Positions 54,950-64,000 of a DNA stretch of 64,000 bases are shown one piece after another. Below the pieces are notes generated by a model. That model saw nothing but the letters and a program-made list of their open reading frames with translations. It was not told the DNA's origin and did not search any database. This stretch comes from Myxococcota bacterium (GTDB lineage Bacteria > Myxococcota_A > Polyangia > Nannocystales > Nannocystaceae), in assembly GCA_039028615.1 (NCBI GenBank), contig JBCCHT010000040.1, positions 44,259-108,258 on the forward strand, read 5' to 3'. Position numbers and translations under genes: made by a program. Numbering within the stretch: position 1 is the first letter of the stretch; every line of letters starts with the position of its first letter.

Positions 54950-55071
54950 ATCGCGTGTTCCTTTCACTCCGTCCGATGCACCAGCTCGGCGGGTCTTACC
55001 TGCGACGAACAAAAAACTTCGGCGGAACCCGCGCTCGGTGAATTCGAGCACCCACGGGTGCCCATGAGCCG

Positions 55072-56178
<1,107 letters not shown>

Positions 56179-56780
56179 CCGACGATTCTAACAAGCCGCG
56201 AAAAAGCACCTGCCGATCGTGGGGAGATGGACAGCGGATCGGGTCGCCACGGTCAAGCGCGGGCGCGCGGATCGGTGTGGGCGATCCCCCGCTTTTTCCT
56301 TTCGAGGCATGTCACTCGGTTGGAGGCCCGTGTGTTTGGTCGAAACCTCTTGGCGGTGAAGCTTCGCGGCCCGAGCCGATGGTCATGGCCGTCCGCTCAC
56401 GATGGGTCGCTGTTCGCGGGTTGCCTTCAACCGCGACGGAATCGAGTCTGGTAGGTCAGGACGTCGTTTTTTGGCTGCCTTCGCGGACCCTGAAAGGGCC
56501 GCGCTCGAGACTTCCGGTACGAAAACGACCCGTCGACACCGAGCGAACATCGGGACGCGTCGTCGATGGTCTGGCGCCTGCCCTTGCGCGTCACATGCAT
56601 TGTGAGCGACAACACAGCCGAGTCCGCGCATCAACGTCCACAGGTCGTGGACGGCTGGCCCCATTTCCCGCAGCCTGACGCGAGCCCGGAAGGGGCCACT
56701 GGGGCCGAACTGCTGTTGCGGCGGATGAGCAAGCCCCGGGTCGGCCCTTCCTCTCCACCTTCTTTTCCTGCGAAGCCAAC

Positions 56781-58616
56781 GTGACCGCAATCCTCGGAAT
56801 CTCCGCGTTCTATCACGACTCGGCTGCTGCGCTCGTGGTCGACGGCGAAATCATCGCCGCCGCCCAAGAGGAGCGCTTCACCCGGATCAAGCACGACCAC
56901 GCGTTCCCGATCAATGCGATCGACTACTGCCTCAAAGAGGCGGGGCTGACCAAGGATCAGCTCGACTACGTCGGCTTCTACGACAAGCCGCTCAAGAAGT
57001 TCGAGCGCCTGCTCGAGACCTACGTCAGCTACGCCCCGGTCGGCTTCAAGTCGTTTTTGCGGGCGATGCCGGTGTGGCTGCGCCAGAAGCTGCACCTGCC
57101 CCGAGAGATGCGCAAGGCGCTGGGCGGGGCCTACCAAAAGCAGTTCGTCTTCCCCGAGCACCACGAGTCGCACGCGGCCAGTGCCTTCCTGCCTTCGCCC
57201 TTCCAAGAGGCGGCCATCGTCACGCTCGATGGCGTGGGCGAGTGGGCCACGGCGAGCTGGGGCGTGGGCAAGGACAACCGGGTCGAGCTCACCCATGAGC
57301 TTCGCTTCCCGCACTCCATCGGCCTGCTCTACTCCGCGTTCACCTACTACTGCGGCTTCAAGGTGAACTCGGGCGAGTACAAGCTGATGGGTCTGGCGCC
57401 CTACGGCGATCCCAAATACACCGACAAGATTCTCGACAACCTCCTCGACTTGAAGGAGGACGGGTCCTTCCGCATGGACATGTCCTACTTCAACTATTGT
57501 CAGGGGTTGACGATGACCAATGACAAGTTCGCGGACCTCTTCGGTCGTCCGGCGCGAACGGCCGAGTCCCAGCTCGATCAAGAGCACATGGACGTGGCCG
57601 CTTCGATCCAGAAGGCCACCGAAGAAATCGTCCTGCGAATCTGCCGGCACATCCACAAGGAGACCGGCATGAAGAACCTGTGCATGGCCGGCGGTGTGGC
57701 GCTCAACTGCGTCGCCAACGGTCGAGTGCTGCGCGAGGGTCCCTTCGACGAGGTGTGGATCCAGCCGGCGGCCGGCGACGCGGGCGGAGCCTTGGGCACC
57801 GCGCTGCTCATCTGGTACCAGCTGCTCGACAACGAGCGGAAGGCGACCATGCCCGACATGCAGCACGCCTCGCTGCTGGGCCCGCAGGCCAAGGACGACG
57901 AGATCAAGGAGTACTTCGACTCGATCGGGGCGGTGTACACCCGCTACGAGACCGAGGACGAAGCGGTCGACGCCGTGTCCTCGCTGCTCGCCGACGAGAA
58001 GGTCGTGGGCTGGATGCAGGGCCGCATGGAGTTCGGCCCGCGTGCGCTCGGTGGTCGTTCCATCATCGGCGATGCCCGCAGCGAAGACATGCAGTCGGTG
58101 ATGAACTTGAAGATCAAGTTCCGCGAGTCGTTCCGGCCCTTCGCACCCACCATCCTCCGCGACCGCGTCGACGAGTACTTCGAGATGCGCCCCAACGAGG
58201 ACAGCCCCTACATGCTGCTCGTGGCGCCGGTGAAGGACGAGAAGCGTCTCGAGCAGAAGCCCGAGCACAAGGATCTGTTCGGCATCGAGAAGCTCAAGAT
58301 CCAGCGCTCGGTCGTCCCGGCCATCACCCACGTCGACTACTCGGCGCGCGTGCAGACGGTCGACGACGTCCGCAACGGTCGCTACTACAAGCTCATCAAG
58401 CGCTTCGAAGAGAAGACCGGCTCTCCGGTCATCATCAACACCAGCTTCAACGTCCGCGGCGAGCCCATCGTGTGCACGCCCGCCAACGCGTATCGGTGCT
58501 TCATGGGCACCCACATGGACGTGCTGGTCGTCGAGAACTACGTGCTGCTCAAGCCCGAGCAGCCCAAGGCCGACGTCGACCCCGAGACCTACCTCAAGGA
58601 ATTCGCGCTCGACTGA
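56781..58616 (+). CDS. NodU/CmcH-family O-carbamoyltransferase (SxtI-like)
   Basis: ILGISAFYHDSAA, QEERF.RIKH, HHESHA, DGVGE, GEYKLMGLAPYG, GGVALNC, EFGPRALG, KFRESFRPFAP, NTSFN. Confidence 0.96.
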   Translation: MTAILGISAFYHDSAAALVVDGEIIAAAQEERFTRIKHDHAFPINAIDYCLKEAGLTKDQLDYVGFYDKPLKKFERLLETYVSYAPVGFKSFLRAMPVWLRQKLHLPREMRKALGGAYQKQFVFPEHHESHAASAFLPSPFQEAAIVTLDGVGEWATASWGVGKDNRVELTHELRFPHSIGLLYSAFTYYCGFKVNSGEYKLMGLAPYGDPKYTDKILDNLLDLKEDGSFRMDMSYFNYCQGLTMTNDKFADLFGRPARTAESQLDQEHMDVAASIQKATEEIVLRICRHIHKETGMKNLCMAGGVALNCVANGRVLREGPFDEVWIQPAAGDAGGALGTALLIWYQLLDNERKATMPDMQHASLLGPQAKDDEIKEYFDSIGAVYTRYETEDEAVDAVSSLLADEKVVGWMQGRMEFGPRALGGRSIIGDARSEDMQSVMNLKIKFRESFRPFAPTILRDRVDEYFEMRPNEDSPYMLLVAPVKDEKRLEQKPEHKDLFGIEKLKIQRSVVPAITHVDYSARVQTVDDVRNGRYYKLIKRFEEKTGSPVIINTSFNVRGEPIVCTPANAYRCFMGTHMDVLVVENYVLLKPEQPKADVDPETYLKEFALD

Positions 58617-58628
58617 GGGGACTTCATC

Positions 58629-59048
58629 ATGGCCGTCATCGAGATCAACAAGGATCCATCCAAGAAGGAACTCGCCTGGTTCGGGCTGATGTTCCTCGCG
58701 TTCTTCGGCCTCATCGGCGGGATCGTGTGGTGGCGCTTCCAGCAGCCCAACGTGGCCTATGGCCTGTGGGGCGGTGCGGGCGTCATCGTGGCCCTCTACT
58801 ACGCCATCCCTGCGCTGCGGAAGCCGATCTACCTGGGCTGGCTGTACGCTGCGTTCCCCATCGGTTGGGTCATCTCCCACCTGGTGATGGGCATCATCTT
58901 CTACCTGGTGATCTCGCCGATCGCGCTCGTGTTCAAGATCATGGGTCGTGACGCGCTCGAGCGCAAAATCGACAAGAACGCCTCGACCTACTGGGTCGAG
59001 CACCGCACGGGTCACGGCGACCCGAAGCGCTACTTCAAGCAGTTCTAG
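58629..59048 (+). CDS. SxtJ-family membrane protein
   Basis: ELAWFG, TM segments, GIIFYLVISPI, GRD.L, TYW, terminal QF; conserved position after the carbamoyltransferase. Confidence 0.88.
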   Translation: MAVIEINKDPSKKELAWFGLMFLAFFGLIGGIVWWRFQQPNVAYGLWGGAGVIVALYYAIPALRKPIYLGWLYAAFPIGWVISHLVMGIIFYLVISPIALVFKIMGRDALERKIDKNASTYWVEHRTGHGDPKRYFKQF

Positions 59049-59075
59049 AGTTCTTCTCGCTGCGAGGACATTCCG

Positions 59076-59285
59076 ATGAGCGACAGCAAAGACACCAACA
59101 AGGCCTCCGACTTCGCCGCGGGGGCCCAGGAAGAATCCTCGGGCTTGATGTCCGAGTTCATGCAGTTCCTCAAGCACAACAAGAAGTGGTGGCTGCTGCC
59201 CATCTTGCTCGTGCTGCTCGTTGTCGGTGTGCTCGTGGTCCTCGGGGGCACGGCGGCCGCGCCCTTCATCTACACGCTCTTCTAG
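59076..59285 (+). CDS. DUF5989/SxtK-family single-TM micro-protein
   Basis: EFMQFL...KKWWLLP-TM-AAPFIYTLF*. Confidence 0.92.
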   Translation: MSDSKDTNKASDFAAGAQEESSGLMSEFMQFLKHNKKWWLLPILLVLLVVGVLVVLGGTAAAPFIYTLF

Positions 59286-59369
59286 CCGCCGGGCGCACGC
59301 ACCGGCCGGGATCGAGCCCCGCACCCACCCAATCCAGGAGGGCCGGGGCTCGATCGTCATCAATCCGCT

Positions 59370-60692
59370 ATGGCCAAAGTTACGCTCGAAGCCCGTCAGA
59401 TCGGCGGCGGCATCATCATCCTCGCGGGGTTGGGGATGCTGGCGTCGGCAGTCATCATCAATCCCTGGGTGGGCAAGTTCACCCGCGGCGCGACCGTCGT
59501 GGACTATGCCGACGTGCTCACCAGCTACTTCTGGTGGGCGCTCGTGCTCGGTGCCGTCACCTTCGCCTTGGGCCGCAAGGTCGCCAAGGCCAAGAGCGCG
59601 GCCGATGGGTTCTCGGTGTTCTTCCTGCTCATCGCGCTATTCGTGCTGGGCGATCGCTGGCTGCTGACCAAGTTCGGCCTGACGATCTGGGAGTACGACC
59701 CCGAGCTGCACTACGTGCATCGCAAGGGGGCTACGCGCACGCTGAACTCGGCGGGGCGCCCCGAAGACCTCATCCACATCAACGAGCACGGCTTCCACGA
59801 CACCGAGTTCCCTCGCGAAAAGCCCGAGGGTGAGCTCCGTGGGCTCATGCTGGGCGACTCGGTGACCATGGGCTTCGGAGTCACCTACGACGAGACCTTC
59901 TCCAAGAAGCTCGAGGACCACCTCGCCGAGAAGGACTCCAAGCACGAGACCCACCAGATCATGAACACGGGCGTGCACGGGTACTCGACCTTCCAGGAGC
60001 GAGTCACCTTCGAGCGCAACCTCGATCTGGACCCCGACTTCGTGGCGGTGGGCTTTTGCATGAACGACGTGACCGAGCCCTTCGTGGTCAACACGAAGTA
60101 CGGCGGCACCGGGCTCGACTACCACGGCGTCACCCAGACCCCGAACCCCATCAGCGGGCTGCTCTCCAACGAGACGGGCATCGGCCGGCTGATGCAGAAG
60201 CTCGCGCAGTCGGGCAAGTCGCTCGAGACCGCCAAGCGCTACGAGGTCTACAACGCCCGGGCGATGGCCCTGGAGTCGCGCACGAACCCCGAGTTCCAGG
60301 AGGGGTGGAAGATCGTGCTCGAGGAGATGGGGCGCCTGTACCAGGTCGCGAAGGACAACGACCTGCCCATCGTGCTGCTCATCCTGCCCTACACGTTCCA
60401 GCTCAACGACCCGGACACGCTGGAGCCGCAGAAGATCCTCATCGAGCACGCCAAGGAGCACGGGGTCGACGTCATCGACTTCATCCCGATCTTCGCCGAG
60501 GAGATTCTCCAGGAAAAAGAGCTCATCGCGCTGCTCGAGAAGCAGGGCAAGACGCCCGAGGAGATTCGCAAGTACTTCGCGTGGCGGATCAACGAGTACT
60601 TCTTCGACCAGGACCACTTCCGCGAGCCCGGCCACGACCTGGTGGCGAAGCACGTGTACGAGTGGCTGGTGGACAAGGGCCTGGCTGGCTGA
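59370..60692 (+). CDS. membrane-anchored SGNH/GDSL hydrolase-fold protein
   Basis: 3 N-terminal TMs; INEHGF.D, LGDSVTMG, NTGVHGYS, FCMND, DQDH. Confidence 0.9.
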   Translation: MAKVTLEARQIGGGIIILAGLGMLASAVIINPWVGKFTRGATVVDYADVLTSYFWWALVLGAVTFALGRKVAKAKSAADGFSVFFLLIALFVLGDRWLLTKFGLTIWEYDPELHYVHRKGATRTLNSAGRPEDLIHINEHGFHDTEFPREKPEGELRGLMLGDSVTMGFGVTYDETFSKKLEDHLAEKDSKHETHQIMNTGVHGYSTFQERVTFERNLDLDPDFVAVGFCMNDVTEPFVVNTKYGGTGLDYHGVTQTPNPISGLLSNETGIGRLMQKLAQSGKSLETAKRYEVYNARAMALESRTNPEFQEGWKIVLEEMGRLYQVAKDNDLPIVLLILPYTFQLNDPDTLEPQKILIEHAKEHGVDVIDFIPIFAEEILQEKELIALLEKQGKTPEEIRKYFAWRINEYFFDQDHFREPGHDLVAKHVYEWLVDKGLAG

Positions 60693-60713
60693 GGCTTCGG
60701 CCCCACGGAAAGG

Positions 60714-60747
60714 AAAAGCCCCACCTCGAAGGTGGGGCTTCTTTTTT
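60714..60747. terminator. bidirectional intrinsic terminator
   Basis: AAGCCCCACC-TCGAA-GGTGGGGCTT with A-tract on the left and T-tract on the right, between convergent genes. Confidence 0.88.
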
Positions 60748-60781
60748 GGCCAGCGGATGAGGCTCGATGGGCGAGCGCGGC

Positions 60782-61906
60782 TCAGATCGGGGCCCCGCCG
60801 AGGAGCGTGATGTTGTCCAAGAACACGGCGTCGAGCCCCTCGTTGCCGAACGCTTGACGATTGAAACGCCACGAGAAGGTGTGCATTCCCGCCGGCACGG
60901 GCACCAGATGGTTCGCGAGCGGTGCCACGCCTGTGGCCTGGAGGTCGAGAACTCCATCGATGCGGAACTCGAGGAAATCGAAGCCGTTGTCGCAGCTCGT
61001 GAGGTAGTCGAAGGAGATACTCCCGGCCGCGGCGAAGTCGGCGTCGATGGTGAGGTCGGTGAATCCGCCACCCGGCAGCGGGCCTGAGCGAGCCGAGTAG
61101 ATCCCGTCGATGGGGTCGACGTCATCGACGTACCAGGGGGCCGTGACGCCGACCATGAGAGCGGCGGGCATGACCCCCACCGTGTCTTCGAAGTCTTCGA
61201 AGTAGCCGTCACAGCTCGACACGACGAGCGTGCAGTCCGCGGCGCACGCCAGGGTCCCGCCACCGAAGCCCTGCGACATACACGTCTCGCCCGCCAGATC
61301 TACCCCGTCGCATTCCTCGGTGCCGTTGGTGACGCCATCGCCACAGCCAAAGCAACCCGATGTATCGAAGGTCTGGCAGCTCATCGGTTCGCAGGCGAGC
61401 GTCCCGCCCTCGAAGCCCTGTGTGATGCAGTCTTGGCCAGCGAGGTCCATGCCATCGCAGACTTCGAGCCCCGTGATCATGCCGTCGTTGCACGCCATGG
61501 TGCCGCACGCGGAGCTGTCGAAGGTGCAGTCTTCGGCACACGCCAGATCTCCGAAGTCGAAGCCTTGCGTCGTGCAGTCTTCGCCGCCCAGGTCATCGCC
61601 GTCGCACTCTTCACCGTCGTCGAGCACGCCGTCGCCACACTCACCGGTCCCGGCGGTCGTGTCTTCGGGGCTGGCGGTCGTGCTGTCTGCCGCGCTGGTT
61701 GTCGGGTCATCGGTCGCGCTGGTGGTCGGGCTATCGGTCGTGCTTTCCGCCGTGCTCGTTGGAAGCGGTGCCGTGTCGGTGCCGGACCCCGAGGTGCCCG
61801 AGGAACTCTCGCCGGCATCGGAGGCTGGATTCGGGTCGATCAGACACCCACCGACAAGAGACACCGAGCAAACCAACAAGACGCAACTCCGACGCGAATG
61901 AATCAT
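60782..61906 (-). CDS. lipoprotein with Ser/Thr-rich linker, three Cys-rich repeats and a C-terminal beta-sandwich
   Basis: VGGC lipobox; CGDG...E.CDG.DL.G..C...GF..G.LAC x3. Confidence 0.8.
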   Translation of the reverse strand: MIHSRRSCVLLVCSVSLVGGCLIDPNPASDAGESSSGTSGSGTDTAPLPTSTAESTTDSPTTSATDDPTTSAADSTTASPEDTTAGTGECGDGVLDDGEECDGDDLGGEDCTTQGFDFGDLACAEDCTFDSSACGTMACNDGMITGLEVCDGMDLAGQDCITQGFEGGTLACEPMSCQTFDTSGCFGCGDGVTNGTEECDGVDLAGETCMSQGFGGGTLACAADCTLVVSSCDGYFEDFEDTVGVMPAALMVGVTAPWYVDDVDPIDGIYSARSGPLPGGGFTDLTIDADFAAAGSISFDYLTSCDNGFDFLEFRIDGVLDLQATGVAPLANHLVPVPAGMHTFSWRFNRQAFGNEGLDAVFLDNITLLGGAPI

Positions 61907-62012
61907 TGCCTCGATTGTAGGTGCTCCGCGCTGGATGGGGTTACATCAAATGCGCGCTGCCACGATTAGAGCTTCCATCGCTGGTCATGCCTCCGTAAGA
62001 TCATCGGCGGAC

Positions 62013-63803
62013 GTGGTTCGAGGAACATGGATAGGCGCGGTCATGGGACTCGTGGTGTCGGGATGTGGGGATACCCCTCAGCTGGGTGCCGCCTCGCCCT
62101 GGCCCGACGCCTCCACGTCCGCGAGCGACGAGGAGACCACCGAGGGGGCGGTTGATCCACAGCGCCGCGAGCCGGCGGCCGATCGCGAAGGTGCAGGGGG
62201 TGAGAGCGGGGTGCGGCCGACCGAACTACCACCACCCATCGGGCCTCACTTCGTGGAGGTGACCGAAGCGGCAGGGTTGGACTACGACCCCGGGGAGCTG
62301 CTGCCGCCCCCGTTCTGCCTGTTCGACGACATCAACTGGCCGGGGCCCGGCGACTACTGCACGCCAGAGCGCTACCTCGGTGGGGCCGCGGTGGGCGACT
62401 TCGACGACGACGGTTGGCCAGATCTGTATGTGGTCCGCAAGGGTGGCCCCGGCCTGTTGTTCCACAACGACGGCGACGGGAGCTTTTCGGACGAGACGGA
62501 GACCCGCGGCCTGGTGCACGACTCCATCAGCGGCGGCGCGGCGTGGCTCGACATCGAGGGGGACGGCGACCTCGACCTGATGCTCACCGGCTTCGGGACG
62601 CTACGACACTTCCTCTATGTCAACGACGGCACGGGGTCGTTCGAGGAACAGGCACAGCCGCGCGGCGCGGCCGTGGAGACGGGCCTGATCCACGTGGGCA
62701 CGAGCATCGGCGTCGGCGACTACGACCTCGACGGCTACCTCGACATGTTCGTCGCGGATTGGCGTGCGGCGCAGATCTTGGGCAAAGAGCTCGACCACAA
62801 CCGCCTCCTGCACAACCGCGGCGCCGAGGCTCCGGGGTACTTCGAGGACGTGACCTCGCAGATGGGGATCGTCATGCAGGGACAATCGCAGTGGACCGCT
62901 TCAGGCCCCGGTGCCTTCGGGTTCGCTCCCGCATTCGTCGACCTCGATGGCGACCACTGGCCCGAGCTCTCCATCGCCGCCGACTACGGCTCTAGCCGCC
63001 TGTTCTGGAACGACGGCGCGGGTGGCTTCGTCGATGGAACGCTCGCTTCGGGCGTGAGCAACAACGCCCATGGGATGGGATCCACATTCGGTGACTACGA
63101 CGCAGACGGTGACCTGGACTGGTTCATCTCCGCGATCTGGTTCCCGGACGGCCCCGAGGGCAATCGCCTCTATCGCAACGATGGGGCAAGAACCTTCACC
63201 GAGAGCACCGACGACGTCGGCGTGCGCGATGGCGGTTGGGGCTGGGGCGCCGCGTTCTTCGATGCCGATCACGACGGTGACCTCGATCTCGGGCTGGCGT
63301 CCGGTTGGCCGTCCACCAACTTCGACGACGACCCCTTACGCCTGTGGCTCAACCAAGACGAGCATCCATGGCGCGAGGCCGCCGAGCCCATGGGGATCGA
63401 CTACCGCGGCTACGGTCGCGGCCTCGTCCCGCTCGACTACGATCGCGACGGCGATCTCGACCTGCTGGTGCTCGGCAACACGGAACCCGCCGCGCTGTAT
63501 CGCAATGACGGAGCGAAGGCCCCCTGGCTGACCGTCCGAGCCACGGGCCAGCCCCACAATCCCAGAGGCATCGGAGCCGAGGTCCGTGTTCAGACCCAGC
63601 CGGGCGGATCATGGCAGCTACGGCATATCGGAGTCGGCAGTCACCTCTTCGGCCAGCAAGACGCCGTCGCCCACTTCGGGCTAGGCAACCAAACCACCGA
63701 GGTTCATCGCGTGGAGGTCCTCTGGCCCGCCACCGGTCGACACGCAGAACTGCACCACGTCCCAATCGACTCCGCACTCGTCGTCTCCCACGACCGCCCC
63801 TGA
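62013..63803 (+). CDS. CRTAC1-family FG-GAP repeat lipoprotein with ASPIC/UnbV domain
   Basis: DFDDDGWPDL / DYDLDGYLD / DYDADGDLD repeats; RGIGAEV...HFGLG...VLWP; start 62013 or 62043. Confidence 0.92.
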   Translation: MVRGTWIGAVMGLVVSGCGDTPQLGAASPWPDASTSASDEETTEGAVDPQRREPAADREGAGGESGVRPTELPPPIGPHFVEVTEAAGLDYDPGELLPPPFCLFDDINWPGPGDYCTPERYLGGAAVGDFDDDGWPDLYVVRKGGPGLLFHNDGDGSFSDETETRGLVHDSISGGAAWLDIEGDGDLDLMLTGFGTLRHFLYVNDGTGSFEEQAQPRGAAVETGLIHVGTSIGVGDYDLDGYLDMFVADWRAAQILGKELDHNRLLHNRGAEAPGYFEDVTSQMGIVMQGQSQWTASGPGAFGFAPAFVDLDGDHWPELSIAADYGSSRLFWNDGAGGFVDGTLASGVSNNAHGMGSTFGDYDADGDLDWFISAIWFPDGPEGNRLYRNDGARTFTESTDDVGVRDGGWGWGAAFFDADHDGDLDLGLASGWPSTNFDDDPLRLWLNQDEHPWREAAEPMGIDYRGYGRGLVPLDYDRDGDLDLLVLGNTEPAALYRNDGAKAPWLTVRATGQPHNPRGIGAEVRVQTQPGGSWQLRHIGVGSHLFGQQDAVAHFGLGNQTTEVHRVEVLWPATGRHAELHHVPIDSALVVSHDRP

Positions 63804-64000
63804 ACCAACCACACGGCTGGCCGAACTCGTGTGAGCACGACCCCGCAACACCCACCCTCTTGAAGTCAGACGTAGCTTCGCGCGGTCGCTTCCAATGCCG
63901 GCCCGCTGGCAACGCTCGAGCCAAAGATCGGAAGCGAAAACCACGAGTTCAGCGGGGCCCCCGAGCCACCGACACAACCCCCGAATGACCGACGACGTCC

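Noticed and set aside
56572..56587. sigma54 promoter (TGGCGC...TTGC)
   Set aside because: GG-to-GC spacing is 11 nt, not the required 10
56781..60692. Saxitoxin biosynthetic cluster
   Set aside because: No core sxtA/sxtG/sxtB-type genes in the window
63925..63934. AGATCGGAAG resembling an Illumina adapter
   Set aside because: Match stops after 10 nt; compatible with chance

Overview
A GC-rich, gene-dense chromosomal segment with about 54 CDSs. It is inferred to come from a myxobacterium (Nannocystaceae-like), based on a MYXO-CTERM-type tail, DUF4215-type Cys-rich 'CGDG...EECDDG' repeats, many Cys/Asp-rich lipoproteins, ECF/anti-sigma pairs and a eukaryote-like kinase. No rRNA, tRNA, CRISPR array, transposase or integrase was recognised. 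Most genes are envelope, secreted or regulatory. Main observations: (1) A four-gene operon at 56781-60692 encodes a NodU/CmcH carbamoyltransferase, an SxtJ-like membrane protein, a DUF5989/SxtK-like micro-protein and a membrane-anchored SGNH protein. The micro-protein ends in FIYTLF-COOH, matching the DltX/AlgI tyrosine acyl-shuttle motif, which suggests an MBOAT-free relay that carbamoylates an envelope polymer. (2) A divergent stand-alone EF-Tu paralogue sits behind a ~560-nt leader containing an operator-like palindrome, a 42-codon uORF and an array of hairpins, four with GGA in the loop. (3) A Ser/Thr kinase is followed by a protein with a caspase-like HG...GC dyad. (4) A TraB-like OmpA protein lies next to a PA14/fibro-slime Cys-rich lipoprotein. 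(5) Three abutting BlaI boxes precede a blaI-blaR1 pair. All calls come from reading motifs by eye; no database searches or folding programs were run, and several start codons are best guesses.
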